A stretch of DNA of 64,000 bases. Source: Tubiluchus corallicola (Eukaryota; Animalia; Priapulida). Position 1 is the first letter of the stretch, and each line of letters opens with the position of its first letter. The DNA lies in contig JAQGDQ010000496.1 of assembly GCA_030141605.1 (NCBI GenBank), positions 62,001-126,000 on the forward strand, given 5' to 3'. Shown here piece by piece: positions 39,201-53,500 of the stretch. The translations under genes and the position numbers were made by a program. The notes below the pieces were generated by a model. That model saw only the letters and a list, made by a program, of their open reading frames with translations, had not been told where the DNA came from and did no database searches.

Positions 39201-42200
39201 AAACTATTGACAGATGGTGCTTGAATGGTTTCCATTGGTAATTTGTTCCAAGGATCGACGATGTGGGAGGGAAAAAGGTGTGATCGAATACTGATTCGTG
39301 AAAAAGGAAGAAATAGTTTGGCTAGGTGTTCACAGAGGGGTTTAGAAGGGCATAAAAAATCATTTTCCTGGAGGATGGATGCTCTATTCATTATCTTATA
39401 ACAGTTGATGTTGTTCTTATAACGAATGATGTCACTCTCCGTTGTTCCAGAGTTGAAATCGCAGAAAAGTCAGCGTCTTCAGCTACTCTAACACATCGGG
39501 TTTTTTCCAGAGATGCTTTAAGAGGATGGTACTGCAGGAATCAGACTACTGAAGCATACTCAAGAATTGCGCGCACAACAGCTTTTAAAGTGAGATAATT
39601 ACGGGGCTTTGTTGGATGTAATACAACGTTTGATCACGCCTGCGTATTGATTCGCTTGTGAAAATAATATTGCTTATGTGGACATTCCACTTTAAATCAT
39701 TCGTTTTTGTGATGTCAGGATCTTTAATAGATTATTTATCCTCAACCGGTCCATCTTTAAGATAATATGGAGTTTGACTTTTAAGACGGTTACGCAAAAG
39801 ATGGTTCTTGCTTTTTTAAAGCTCCAATAACCATTCTTCACACCACTTTTCAATGTTGTTCAGGCCGAATTGTAGTAAACACCCATCGCAGTCGTCCCAT
39901 ATCACGGATGGTATGTCAACATACAAGGTCAATGATTTTCCAGTTGATATGCAATTTATAATACCGTTTATGAAAATTAAGAAACAATGGGAACCAACTG
40001 AGGGATACCACTGCCAACATGCTTGCAACTTGTGGTTATGCAATTTAAGATCACACATTGACAGCAGTTTGTCAAGAAGTACTGGAACCAGGTGAGAAGG
40101 TTGTCTCTTATTTCTGTGTATAACATCTTTACCAAAAGATGTGGATGCGGCACCAAGTTGAAAGCCTTTTTAAAGTCAAGGTACAGAACATCAAAACCTG
40201 GCAGAGGAGGTGTTCGAACCACTCTGTTCAAGCAAGAAAGTAGATTATTTACTGTTGATCTATGGGGAAGTGAGACATGCTGTTTCTGGTATGTCCTAAT
40301 CAGAAAATATAAAACCTCATCTCACAGAATGGCTTCCATGCATTCGGCAACTACTGAAGTTAAAGATAGGGACTTAGGTTCAATGCCAGGTTAAGGCATA
40401 GGCTATAACCAAGGGGCCTCTGCTTGCTGAAGGGTCTTCAGAGATTAATTAAATAACACTAAAAGATAAATTAATTTACTGTGAAAAGTTACTTCAGAAT
40501 GAGAGTAGAAGCATGCTGAATAATCTCTATAAAAAAGGGCTCAATTAATTAATATACTGTATAATAATACACTGGAAATGTTTTCTTGACCATTATTCCA
40601 ACTCATTGGTACTGCCACACTGGCAATCCCAATTATAACGACACAGTTTTATAGGAATTGAGGTCACATATCTCTGTCACATATATACGAAATAAGATAT
40701 CTCAGTCCTAAGAGAACTTAGTGGTAGTTTGCCACTAAACCTCTAGCCTACTGAACCTCTGGATTAGGTATTCTCAGGCATGGTTCTTGAAGTTGAAAGA
40801 CCTAGGACAATGCTGTGTGCAGCATGCATCTTGAATCAGTTGTGAGCAACGTGCACTATGCGCATGCTAGAGATTTGAAGCGGCACTGCGTCTTTATTTA
40901 ATTTTATTTAGCCTTGACAAATAATTTTATTTATGTATTAACTTTTGCAATAATTCATGGTTATAAACACGCACACACATAGTACCTGAATTATGAACAC
41001 CTTAAATCATTATGAGGATAAAGATGCAAAAAAACTAATATTAGCTTATTTCCACTGTGATTTTCTTATTAGTTATATTCAACGTTTTTAGTTATATATA
41101 TATAGGGACTTTATATATATATATATATATAAAAACTAATATTAGCTTATTTCCACTGTGATTTTCTTATTAGTTATATTCAACGTTTTTAGTTATATAT
41201 ATATATCAAAGTCTATAATACTCCATTGAAAAGAAATAAAAGAAATGTGTCTAATTATAGTATAAATGCGCATATTTATAGTAGCCTCAAAGAGTCCATT
41301 GATAAATAAAAGCTAATTAGTACTAGTGACAGTATATTTTATGATATACGATAAAATACCAGTAATTTATTTATTGTAATTCATAACCGTGAGTAATAGT
41401 TAGTATTTCAAAAACTTATTTTAATTTTGTAAATATCAGAATATCTCTTCTCTTTTTGTTGTGTTAGACTTGCACCTGTCTATGTGGGTCTAATGTTGGC
41501 ATTATGTTGTAGAAGTTGAATAAACTGATTTGAAGAATTCGACATTCATGCTTTTGTTAACCCTTTCAGTCCCAAATTATTTTTTTAATAAGAGAAAATT
41601 TGCAAAAAAACGACTTTTTTAAAAGCACAACAAAAGCAAAAAATTTGCTTCATTCTGTAACTGCTGATAATTTTTTAAAGTATTTAAGACATTTAGTATG
41701 TATGCTATGCTGATCTGTACAAAGTCGTCTCTAAAGTACTGTACCTTGAGCAGTTTTTTATGCTATGTAGATTTTCTAGTTTGCCATTTTATCACCATTT
41801 TTAGTCTATTGTTATTGGCTTAAATCAAAATAACTATTAACTGACCAAATAACTGTCAGTTTTAAAATTTTATTAATTTTAAAGGCAGAAAATATTCTCG
41901 TATCCCACAGGATACAACGGGTATGAAAGGGTTAATCGTCACAGTATCTGTAGCCCAGGGCCTACAAAATCAAAATCTGACCCGCTTAGATTATCACAAG
42001 ATGAGCTGGTAGAGGACTATAACATGGAGTAGGTCTCTAAAACAGCAAAAACAGTACTAGCAACACGATAGCCAAGAACAAAAATAACGAACATAAATAC
42101 CTTGGTTGTTAAATTATCCAATTTATCCTGCATTTTTCCAATGGCTAATCTTAGCTCTGTGTTGACATTACGGCTTTCAGACATGAACATCTGCAAACAG

Positions 42201-44481
42201 ACATGAACATGAACAAGTTAAAGCAACTGACTGACCTTCGTTATTTGAGTCAAAAGCTGTGAAAAAAATAGTAAAGAAATTAATAATGAAATAATCATAA
42301 AAAACTGAATTATTATAATTCACAGGAAACTTATCAGCAATAATAGTTCAATCACTTACAATTTAATAATAGAAAGAACGAACGGGGTGTTGTGCAATGC
42401 ACAGATAAATCATTTGCAATATTTTAACACGATAGTTTGGCTCTCTAACTGAACAAATAGGAAAAGCCTACTGATTCACTGCAACATTGAGCCAAGGTTA
42501 CTTCTAGCCATACATGTGACAAATATCAGACAACTCAGGACAAAATCATTATCCAAGGTCTTCCACATTCTACTACTACTTATTTTAATAATAATAATAA
42601 TAATACTACAATACTACTACTTATTATTATTATATTATAATATACTACTGATTACAATAATCAGCCAAAAAATGGAAAGACAATATGCTTTCATACAGAT
42701 ACTTAATGTTGACATAATGTTGACAAAATTTTGTTGACAGTAGATATCTTTCTACCATAACCTAGAGTTAACCACATGTCCCTGTGTTCATTTGGCACAT
42801 GAATTGACACACACTGCAGAGGTAACGGCAGCACATTTTTAGTTTTGATCATAAGCACACATAATAGGCCATTGTCTCAGTGATTGAAATACAACAAACT
42901 TGTAAGCTTGGATCCACTGCAGGAATAGCCGACTGCTGTTGCACCGGTACTTGTGGATACAAGGTCTGCTGATGAATAGGTGTACTTGGATGGACATAAG
43001 TCATGCCGGGATAACCGAGGTTAGACTGGTACAAAGCAAGAGTTGCAGGCTGTGGCTGCTGCTGTATGCCTAAACAAATAATCAAAATGTATTAATAAAC
43101 AAAGTATTGTTTTACAAAAGTGTTTGCTAATGTCTAAACAGTCTGAAAATTACTACTAAAAATGCTTTCACTGAAGACAAGCAAAAAACGAATGCCAATA
43201 AATACTGCAGATGAGCAATCTTGTTTAGCTAACAGTGTTAGATATAATATAATAGTGTGCTGATACAAAATGTTTTTTGAGAACAGTAACTTTTGCGTAC
43301 CTAATTGTGTCGAGTATGTACCAGCAGAAACTGTAGGTTCTTTGACTATGTTGACCGGTTCAGCTTGCTCACTGCTCGGCTGCGATGTGGTGAGGTGCCG
43401 AGAGGTCGACTTGCGAGGTTTAGGGTGTAACGACGGTCGTTGTTTAGGTGGAGACGAAGGCTCTGGCATAAGCGGAGACATCGTTGACTCAGCCTACATA
43501 AACATTTATAAAAGACATTTTGAAATAAACTAACTTTTATAATGAATTAAAATGCATAAAGCTCTACAAACTTGTCAACATCTATTTTTAAGAACTCCTT
43601 TGACCACTCATTACAATGTTTTGCTTGTTGATGATTTGACCAAATCACCTTTTCACTAAAGAAAAGTGAAAGCAATAATAAACGCAACTCAAAGTACAAG
43701 ATCTTTTTACATGTTTGCAAATCTAAAAATTTAATATCATTTTTATTGCCAAAAAATTATGCTGTTTACAGCTAGAATAGATTGTATAGAATAGAATACA
43801 ACTCAAATTAAACCAACAGACAACCACTGAATGTAGACCCATTTTCTTGTTGGAAGTGACTGGTTTTTAACTAAAACATGTTTTACACGGTTGTTTGTAA
43901 TAGAATTTACTCTTAACCAAAGCTATTGATATTCAACAGAGTGAGTGAATTCACTATTTGTGTGTTTAATCTCCTTTAAACTCTCCTTTAATTTACTTTG
44001 AATATGTGACTACTTTTAGTCAAATTTTGTGAAGTGATTAGAGTGAAACGTCGCATTAGCACTTCAAATCACATCCCTTGTGCTGTTATCTATTAATACC
44101 ATATATAATCTTTTACTTTTAATAATATACACAATCTGCTAATCTGTTTGGCCGCTCACTATTAGCAAACACAGTTACCAAAAAATTTATTCACAAAGTG
44201 AGCAAACACTGTCACCAGATACAATGCCATCATTTGTACCTTAAATATTATAATTATTAGCTTAATATTTCTGCTGCCAAATTTAATATTTATGAATAAC
44301 TATGTTCTTTTCTTCTGAAACATGAACCATGGTCATGAATCTTTATGAACAATGCAACATTTTAAACTTTGGAGCACGAGTGCATCATATAGTCTTTTTT
44401 AGCATTTTTGTCTAAATATTTTTAATTGTACAGCCTTCTGGAAATCATTGAAAGAGGGCTTTATAAATAAACATGTTATAC

Positions 44482-44514
<33 letters not shown>

Positions 44515-47500
44515 CGACTTGAGCGGAGACGAATGTAGGTACAAATGGCACAGGTAAAAATAGCACAGGGAAAAATGGCACGGTAAAAATGACATAGAAA
44601 AAAGTGGCACAGGACAAAATGACATAGATGGAAACGTAGGTAAAAATGGCACACTTAACAAAATATGGATTTAGGGTTGGGCTTACTGTGGGGTATAATT
44701 ATTTTAGTTATTTTTACCTCTGCCAAGGAAGTCATGCTTCAACACAGTTTGTCTGTTGCTTTTTTTGTCTGTTATAACAGTAACCCTATTATGCAAAAAT
44801 TACCATACAAATTTCGACGAAACTTTGTGGAGGTGGTTTTGAGTGCCAATGGGCATTTTTTGGCACGTTCTTTTTCGCAAAACTTGACCGAACACCACGA
44901 ACAAAAGCACCCGCGAAGTACTTCGTGGAAATGTAAGAGGGGCTGTTTATTATTATCTGCACCAGGACAAACAACTACATGTTAGTTCCAGCTTCCATTT
45001 CCAGAAACTTTTACTTGGAAAATTGTGAAATGTTGTCTATAACCTTTGCTTTTTAATGTAAACATATACGAATATGTCAGTCGGTTACCATCGCCAAAAT
45101 TTATGGTTAAAGAAAGGTAGATAAATACTATGTGGAGCATTCGTGCATTATTGATTATAATGCTACTTAAGGAACAAAATATTTTGTGCCTTTTGCCAGT
45201 CTATATGATACGAATACAGGTACATTTTTGTATATTTGCTTGTTTATCTTTGATTTATGTTTTTTTAATCAAAATAATCAGATCATTAAATTTAGGAATG
45301 TTTTACATTTTTTAATAAAAAAATCAGACAAATAAGTTTAGGATTGTTCGACTTTGGCACAGATCTGCTTCCTACTGAGCATGGTCTAGTTGTATTATAG
45401 AAATTAACTGCATTAAAATAACATAAAATAATCACTTTTTCCTGTGCAATTTTTACCTCTTTTCTATTTGTGCCCATTTTTCCTATGCTATTTTTTCCTG
45501 TGCCCGTTTTTGCAGTGCAATCTTTTCATGTGCCATTTTTTTCCGTGTCATTTTTACCTGTGCCATTTTACCCATTTCTCCATTTGTCCCATTTTTACCA
45601 TGTCAATTTTGAAGCATAATTTCCTTGGCAGAGGAAAAATAACTAAAATAATAATCCACCACAGTAACCCTAACCATAAACTCATTTTACTAAGAGTGAC
45701 ATCTTAACCTACACTCATGTGAACTGAAATTTGCACAGAATGACCTAAGAATTAATAGGCTGCGAGTTTGACCCATACCCTACCCTTATGTCAAGTGTCA
45801 ACTTTTAACATTTCTCCAGAGCCGAGACAGATAGACAGAGCAGAAAATTTTACAACTGCCCATTTTGTTGGGGCAACTAGGAAACTATAACCTAGGCTAT
45901 TTTACCTACCTGATTACTGTCATTTTCTTCATTATCAGATTCCTGCTCTTGGGATGCAGCCGCACTAGGCAACATCTGGTGACCCATTTTTGCCATTCTG
46001 GAGATGAGCTTTGCCTTGTCTGTACTTGTTGGTGAATGCTGAAGAACAAAATCCAACAAATGACATTTCTAAAATCAACGTGGATATGAAAGGCTACACT
46101 CTTCTTGTTGCTGTGGCTAACAGATATTTACTTACAATGATTACTTCTTTACTAAACCATTTTGGCAAAGAGCATCAAGTTCGATTATTATGTTTATTAA
46201 TCAGATAATTAAATTCAGTTATTGGCTTTTCTAATACATCTAAGTAAATTTTGCGCTGCTTGCTTTACTGTTGAAATTTCAAATTTGCAGGTGTAATCAC
46301 ATGATTAATAGTCATGTCACAATGCCTTTAGCATGGTACCTGGTATCCACGGCTACCAGTCTAAAGGTACAAATAACTTTTGACCTATAGCTCCAAACTA
46401 CCACTGCAAGTGCCACTAGCAAAACTCTAAATGAGTTTATTCAAATGCCACATCAGCCCTATTTGCAATTAATCACACTGTGAAAGCAAGTTGTCACTGT
46501 TCTATCCTTAGTGTTTCAGAGTGGCTATAATACAAATTCTAAAAATCTACATTAGCTGGACTGAAAAGTTCGCTAAGATACCCGGGGTTCCTAGGTGAGC
46601 CTGAAAATCTTCATCCTTCCTGCTGCCCATTTTTAAGGACATTCAATGTGTCAGCTAAATGCCTTGGTGTACTAAGGTCAGTAGAATTAGAAATTAGTGG
46701 TTCCGATGCAACAAAAAGTAACTTTACTTTGTTTTGTTTTGGCAAAATGTCGTGACACAGCTCTTTCAAAAATCTGTATTTCGAACACGACGCTCTACAA
46801 CAATAAAGTTACTCTTTACTTCACCAGTACCATGATTTTTATCACCAAACTGAGATTTTTTCTTTCCATAATTAAAAAGGCCATCTACGTAATTCATACA
46901 ATAGTAACTTACATGTGACAGTTGTTCCGTAAGCGAGGCAGTACGTTCCTTAATGCTTTCGGCTCTGGGCTTTACTTGTACTGTTTCACTTTCTGCTGAT
47001 CTGACGTCCACTTTGGAAGTATCTTTGTGCGACTTAACCTATCAAACAAAACCAACTATTACCTGAACTAAACAGTTTTTCAGTACACTAACTACTAACC
47101 ATCACCAAAACATTTAACCAAACCACATTAAAAAATCATTATCTGTTCTTTGTACATTATAAGATATAATAGAAAATCCAAAATAGCAAAAAGTAACGGC
47201 AAAAAATGAAAGTGAAATACGAAGGCAGCCTTTGAAAAAGACATTTAGTAAAAGTTCACGATAAGTTATATAATAGTACCAGGTGACTAAGATATTCGTA
47301 ACAAACTTATACTGGTTGTTCAGGTACGACATACATTCCTTTGGTTTCAAAAGTATGCAAAAAGGTGCCTATGCATCGCATGTTTAGGCAACTATTCACA
47401 CATCCTCGAGTTGTAGAGGCCTATATGGGTATAGGCCAGCTCTAAAAATATCTACGCATTTATAAATTACAGCAACCATATATTGGTGTGTTCACTACAA

Positions 47501-50500
47501 ATACAATTTAAAAGAAACATACAATGTTCAATTCAAAGCAGCTTCTACTCACACCAACAACCTCAAGCTGGAAAATAAGAGTGCTGTTAGGTGGAATCCG
47601 ATTTCCCATGCCTGGCTCTCCATAACCAATATGAGGAGGAATTATCAGCATCCTCTTTCCACCAGTTTTCATCCCTCTAATACCTTCATCCCAACCCTAA
47701 TTTGCATAAGATAAAAAAACATACATAAAAATTTATGATGTCGAAACATCAAATGTGAAATAAATCAGATCTTTATTCGAGCGGGTGCTGGCGATTTACT
47801 TTCCGATTGCTTTTAGGTAGATAGGCACAACTAAGCCATATTATTAAAATATTTAAATAAACAATAATCTGACCTTACAGAGGCAGTTCCACATAAAATC
47901 ATTTGCTCTGTTGAGGTCAAATAAATTACGGTTTTGTAATTTCCTAACAAGTTGTAATAATTACAGCATAAACTTCCTAAATTAAATTTAAAAAAGACAT
48001 CAAAAAATTAAAAAACAGTGAATTGCATCGCATTTCAGGGTTTTCAAAACATGACAGAGGCAACTAAAATTTGCAGTTTTCACTAAACAGCATAGTTATG
48101 AAGCTGAAGAATGTTACCCCTCAGGTAATGCTCAGGTAATGCTTACTACTGCATTAGTATTAAACACATCTTACACAGAGGTTACAAGGAAGACAATAAA
48201 ACTGGTAATGATTTTTGAATAAAATTCACTGGATTAGAAGCACTATTAACAAAAACACGGCCTCCAAATTTGAAAAAAACTACAAATAACTAAATCTTGT
48301 TCATTGTTCAGTTACCTAGAATTTTTGGCACAACCAGTTAGCGAAATGCGATAATATGAAGATAACACTTTGTGTAAAAAATTATAATTAGCAAGTTTAC
48401 TTACACATTGACAAATACAAATGCTCAGTAAAGTAATAGTGTTGACATTTGGTTTAAATGAAGCATGTTTCCTTAAAAATGATTTATTAACAAACATTAC
48501 AATCATTACTGAGAACAAACTGCTGCTTTGGTTGATTAAAATAAACTTTGATTATTGGTCAACAACTCACTGTAAAATTGAAATTAGATTCAAGGACCTG
48601 ACTTAATGTAAACCAATAAAAGTGCGTGCCAAATGTTTTGCGAATTGAGCTTCAAAGCCTTGTTTGCGGACAGGGCCTATTTCAAGGGGGGGAAGTGGGG
48701 ATACTTCCCCGGGGCCTCACCCTCCAGGGGGGCTTCGCGCCGAGGTAACTTTTTTTTTTTGCTTTATACGAACATACTGCCTCCTCTCTCTCCCTCTTCC
48801 TCTCTTGCCGCACGCGCGCCGTGTGCGAGTATTGACAAGTATTAAGGAATAAAAAGCAGTTTTTCTTTCAATTGCTCTTTCCTTTAACAACTGTATAACT
48901 CCATATTTTCTCTTCGAAAATGCTTCTCCTAGGCCTTGTTTGCGGAGTAATATTTTGCGATGCACTATTCTACACGAAATATGCAAGTTCAAAATTGATA
49001 GAATTTATGGCTTTATTTTGCAGTAGAAAGCACACTACCAAACAATAATGGTATCCTATTATTAATATTATTGTTTGTATTAAATGGGTTGAATACAAGA
49101 ACCTATACATTCAACGGTGTCTGCTTTTGCACAGTGAGCGAGTTGCACCTTTAGCAGCTTGAATTGTGATGACAACAAGCAACAGAACTATGTGGTGCCT
49201 CTCTTTAGCTAATCATTTACACTTGTACCCACCCGTAAACTTAGTACTAGTATTATCCCGTAGTTTATAGTTTATAATAAATTAATAAAACTGAAATGCC
49301 CATGCTAAAAACCTGCAGTGTCTTAAATATTAGTGTAACTTATGCATCTGGCTCTCCTTGCAGAATTCTCAGACAATTCAGGACTAATTTTACAGCTTAC
49401 AGCATTTTGTGCTACTTTCGGACTTTAGATTTACCTAAATTTTACTATGGTTGGCTTTCATTTGTCAAAGAACATTTAGTAATCTTGCAATCCTAAGACA
49501 TGTTGTGCAATTACAGTAGCTACTGTATGCCGATTAACGTGAAAATTTTTATGCATGTATATTTTTTAGAATAGTAAAGCAAACGCTTTTAACATTGATA
49601 ATATGTTAGAGCAGCAAGTGTGGTCTGATGAATTTGCTTTTGCTAAATGACATAATTAGTTGCAGGACACCAACAACATTGCTGCCTGTTTTTGTTTTAA
49701 TCATCACTGGTTTGTATCCGTCAGATAACATCACTTGTACCATAATTCCTCACAGCTGCTTGTGGTTTCTTATTAAAAAACTGGACATATTCTAAACTAA
49801 AGCTGCTGCCTGTCCTTGTCTTAGTTATCACTGGTTTTGTGCTATATTGGCGGGCAGATGACAACACACATACCATAGTTTCTCGTAACTGCTTGTGGTT
49901 TCTTATTAAAAAACAGAACAGACTCCTAACTAATTACATTTGATATTTTAGTACAAGTTTTGCAAGATGTAATTTTAAACTTCACCCATATCATTTGTCT
50001 TCTCAATGGATATCACACATTAAAATTTCTCACACCTTCCAATTTTTAGAAAAATGTCTAAATAAGCTGCTATTTTGCTGGTTTGACAGATAAAGACACA
50101 ATAGCACACAGCGAAAAATATCTGCAATCATAATAGACATGGTAGCTCAAAACTAAACACCAACATTAATGCATTCTCAAAAACACAGTTAATCAATATC
50201 AGAAAATGATCACCTTTATCACCTTTCCGCTGCCAATTTTAAATTGAAAAGGTGTCGCATTGCTGGTATTCGAATCAAAAAGCTTCCCAAATGCATGGTC
50301 AGTGAACAACCAACCTGAATATTTGACTTCTACTGAATCTTTCTGCACAAGAGAGTGCCCAGTGCCAATTTTCAGATCTTGTGTGATGAGTGAAGAGACC
50401 GCGGATGAACTATTTGCTCGAGCTAAACCTATCTATAGAAAATATCAGAAACACATTCTAAAATAACTAAAAATCATATGCTTGAAAGACCTTACAATTT

Positions 50501-53500
50501 GTAAGTAACTGCGGTTTTCTGACTCATAATATTATAAAGTAATAAATTTAAAATGATTACTGTCAATGATAAATTTTTGGGATTTTCACAAAGATACACG
50601 CTGTTTTCTACAAACAACACGTGAATTTTTGCCGAATTTTAAAAAGGTTATTTGCAGACCTTGCTTTCCAGACTTGCACAAAAACTAATACAGGAAAAAT
50701 TTATTTAAAGCAACCTGTTGTTGAAAAATAGGTGCGGCGTATGTTAATAAATTTCTTGAAAAAACAAATGGGATGCTTCTAACAAAAAATAATGACATTA
50801 ACCTGTACGCAAACTAAGTCATAAATAAAATGCCAAAAAATGGGAAAAGAAACGAGAAACCTCGGTTATTTAAATAATCAACTAGATTATTAGAATCACA
50901 ACTCGGTAAATCATATCAATCAAGAACAGGGTCATAACATTCCAATGGCATTGCCTATACATACACATATATATTTGTGTGCTTGCATAACAAAATCATC
51001 CATAGGTCGGCAATTAAGCTTTTCTAGTTATTCACATATCCTGAATCTGCATTTCATGAGGATCATTTTAATACCAATCTCTATGTTATTTCTAAGCTGA
51101 AATAATCCACGTTGAAGTTGAGGTGCATGCTACACACTGAAAAACATTACCCAGAGAAAATCGCTGTTAAAGTTAGCCATTGTTTTTTGTCGAGTTTCTA
51201 TAAAACACTTAGCAACCACACAAAAGTTGGTTGCTACGGACTTTGCAAAAACACAATGATGTTATGCTTAAATCCAGTAGATGGCTCTCTCTTTCTGATG
51301 AAAATCTGGGCTTGGCAACAGAAAAAACCCGAAGCAAAATGATAGCTTCCATGAGCTTCCTACTGGAGTTTGACAATACAAGTTTTTCTCAATTGCAGTT
51401 TAGTTTCTAGACAGAAAAGTACTTTTTAAACAACTTCCTTACAATTTGGTGCTAGAATATTAAAGTCTAACATATTTAGCAATTATTTTTATAAAAAACA
51501 AAAAAATTGACATTTGAGCACATTTTTGATGCATTCTACTTTGAAACATCATAAAATAGTTACAACTGTGCCGACTATGGACGATTTTGGTATGCAAACA
51601 CGCATACATATATATGTATATGCATATATATGCATTATAATCATCCCATTTCAAACTGATCTCATTTCATTTCATTTCGATCTGAGACATCTCAAGTAGC
51701 AGAGCAAAGGCAGCTGATGCACTGATCCTGAGTTCAAATTCAGATCTACACAACTTTTTGGCACAACATTTTTAACAGATTATACATAATGTGATTTTTT
51801 TCTGATAATCTTCAAAGTTAATTCATTTTTGGCTTACTGCAGTTAAAACATCTCCTACCTGTTTAGCAAACTCGATTATGTGATCCTCATTATCACACAA
51901 AATGCACCAGTTTTGCCCCTGAATATCATAAAAGCTGGCATAGTTGTTCGCTTGGATCTAAAACAGACAAATGTACGAAAGTTAATCATATTCCATTTAA
52001 GATAATGAAACCAGCCCTCACTATGGTACTTCAGAAATGACCATAGTCATTGTAGTCACAGTAAAATAAGTGGAATCTTGCTAATTTAGATCAGCGATTC
52101 ACAGTAAGCTAACTACAATAGGTTCCACTTAAGAGACTCACTTTGGGAGAAAAAGTGTTTTGACCACTTAACTGACTAAAACTGTTAACCGGGGTGTAGC
52201 TTTACTACTATAGGAGTCATAACTCATCAGCTTAACATGAACTGCAAAAGCTCTAAATGTATTTCAGAAATGAGCTAATGCCAAAATATCTAAGTCTATT
52301 ATTTAAGAATATGGGTACAAATTTATATAAGTGAATTAATAAAAAAGAAAATCAAAAAATTAAAGAATCGCACAAGTCTGTTTATTTACACTAAAAATTA
52401 CAAAGTTGGTTGCAAGGTCAGTTACTTCATTTCTTCATGAAAAAGTTGGTTTATAAAGTTCTCATGCTGATAAAAATGTTGAAAATCTGTTGCCATGGGC
52501 TGGTGATTAAGTGTTTAGCTTCCAAAAACAATGAGATTAACCGCAACTGATAAGCAGGTAACAGATTCAGAGCAAAACCGCTGTGCTAGCATATAGCATG
52601 TGAAAAATGCACAGGTCAGCTAATAAACAAAACGGTATTTACATGATTGTTTCTACGCGCATTATAGTGCTCAAAAGTAAAGTAAATCTAACATAAACAC
52701 AGCAAAAGCTCTTTCGTCACAGACATAAAATAATTTTGTCTTCTTTTAAGCACAAGAAGCAAAAATATTGAGTCAATTGTCAGCAGTTTTTATATGGATT
52801 TGAATAAGAGCAGCTCATACCAAACATTTTTGAAGAAATTAGGTAATTGATTCTATTAACCGTTAGTTTGGCAAACAGCGCCTTAAATTCATCAAACATG
52901 CTTTTAACAGCCTTGACTTTCTCTGTAAAAACGGATTTAAAACTTTTTTTGCAAATTTAGAATAATTGGTTTTCCTTATTACAAGAGACATATTAGACCA
53001 ATTAATTATAGTAGCCTTTCCAGAAGTTGTACAGTCATTTATTACATAAACTAAGCCATACAGAAAATTATCCATACAAATAACAATGTCTTTAGAAACT
53101 ATACAGTTGAACAATTTTGGTACTTACCATAAAAGAAAAATTGGCAGTTACAGAGGCTTGAGCAATTGGCTTTTGATTCTTTATGTAGAGTAGTAATTTG
53201 TGCTGAAAGATTACATTATTGAACATTCAAATCAAATTGAAAAAGTTCACACAAGTGAAAAAACTAACTCAAAGAAATACATAGTAACTTCCGATGAGTG
53301 CTTGCTTTAATATTTTTTTAATTAATATATTTTTAATTATTTTTTAATTAATTACAAAGATATGTTTAAACCAGAAGAATTCTGATAGTGAATAAAATAT
53401 TGGCTAAATTGAAATATCTTTCATTAGATTAAAACAAAATTTTGTAATACACTGCACATGTTGTACTAATTATTTACGATCTTAGTTTTGTGAGAATTTT

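Noticed and set aside
44540-44660. Regularly spaced short repeats resembling a CRISPR array
   Set aside because: These are head-to-tail 15-bp minisatellite units without unique spacers, in a eukaryotic context with no cas genes.
48686-48733. Four G-tracts (potential G-quadruplex)
   Set aside because: They lie within a MITE-like end, and intervening C-tracts favour a hairpin instead.
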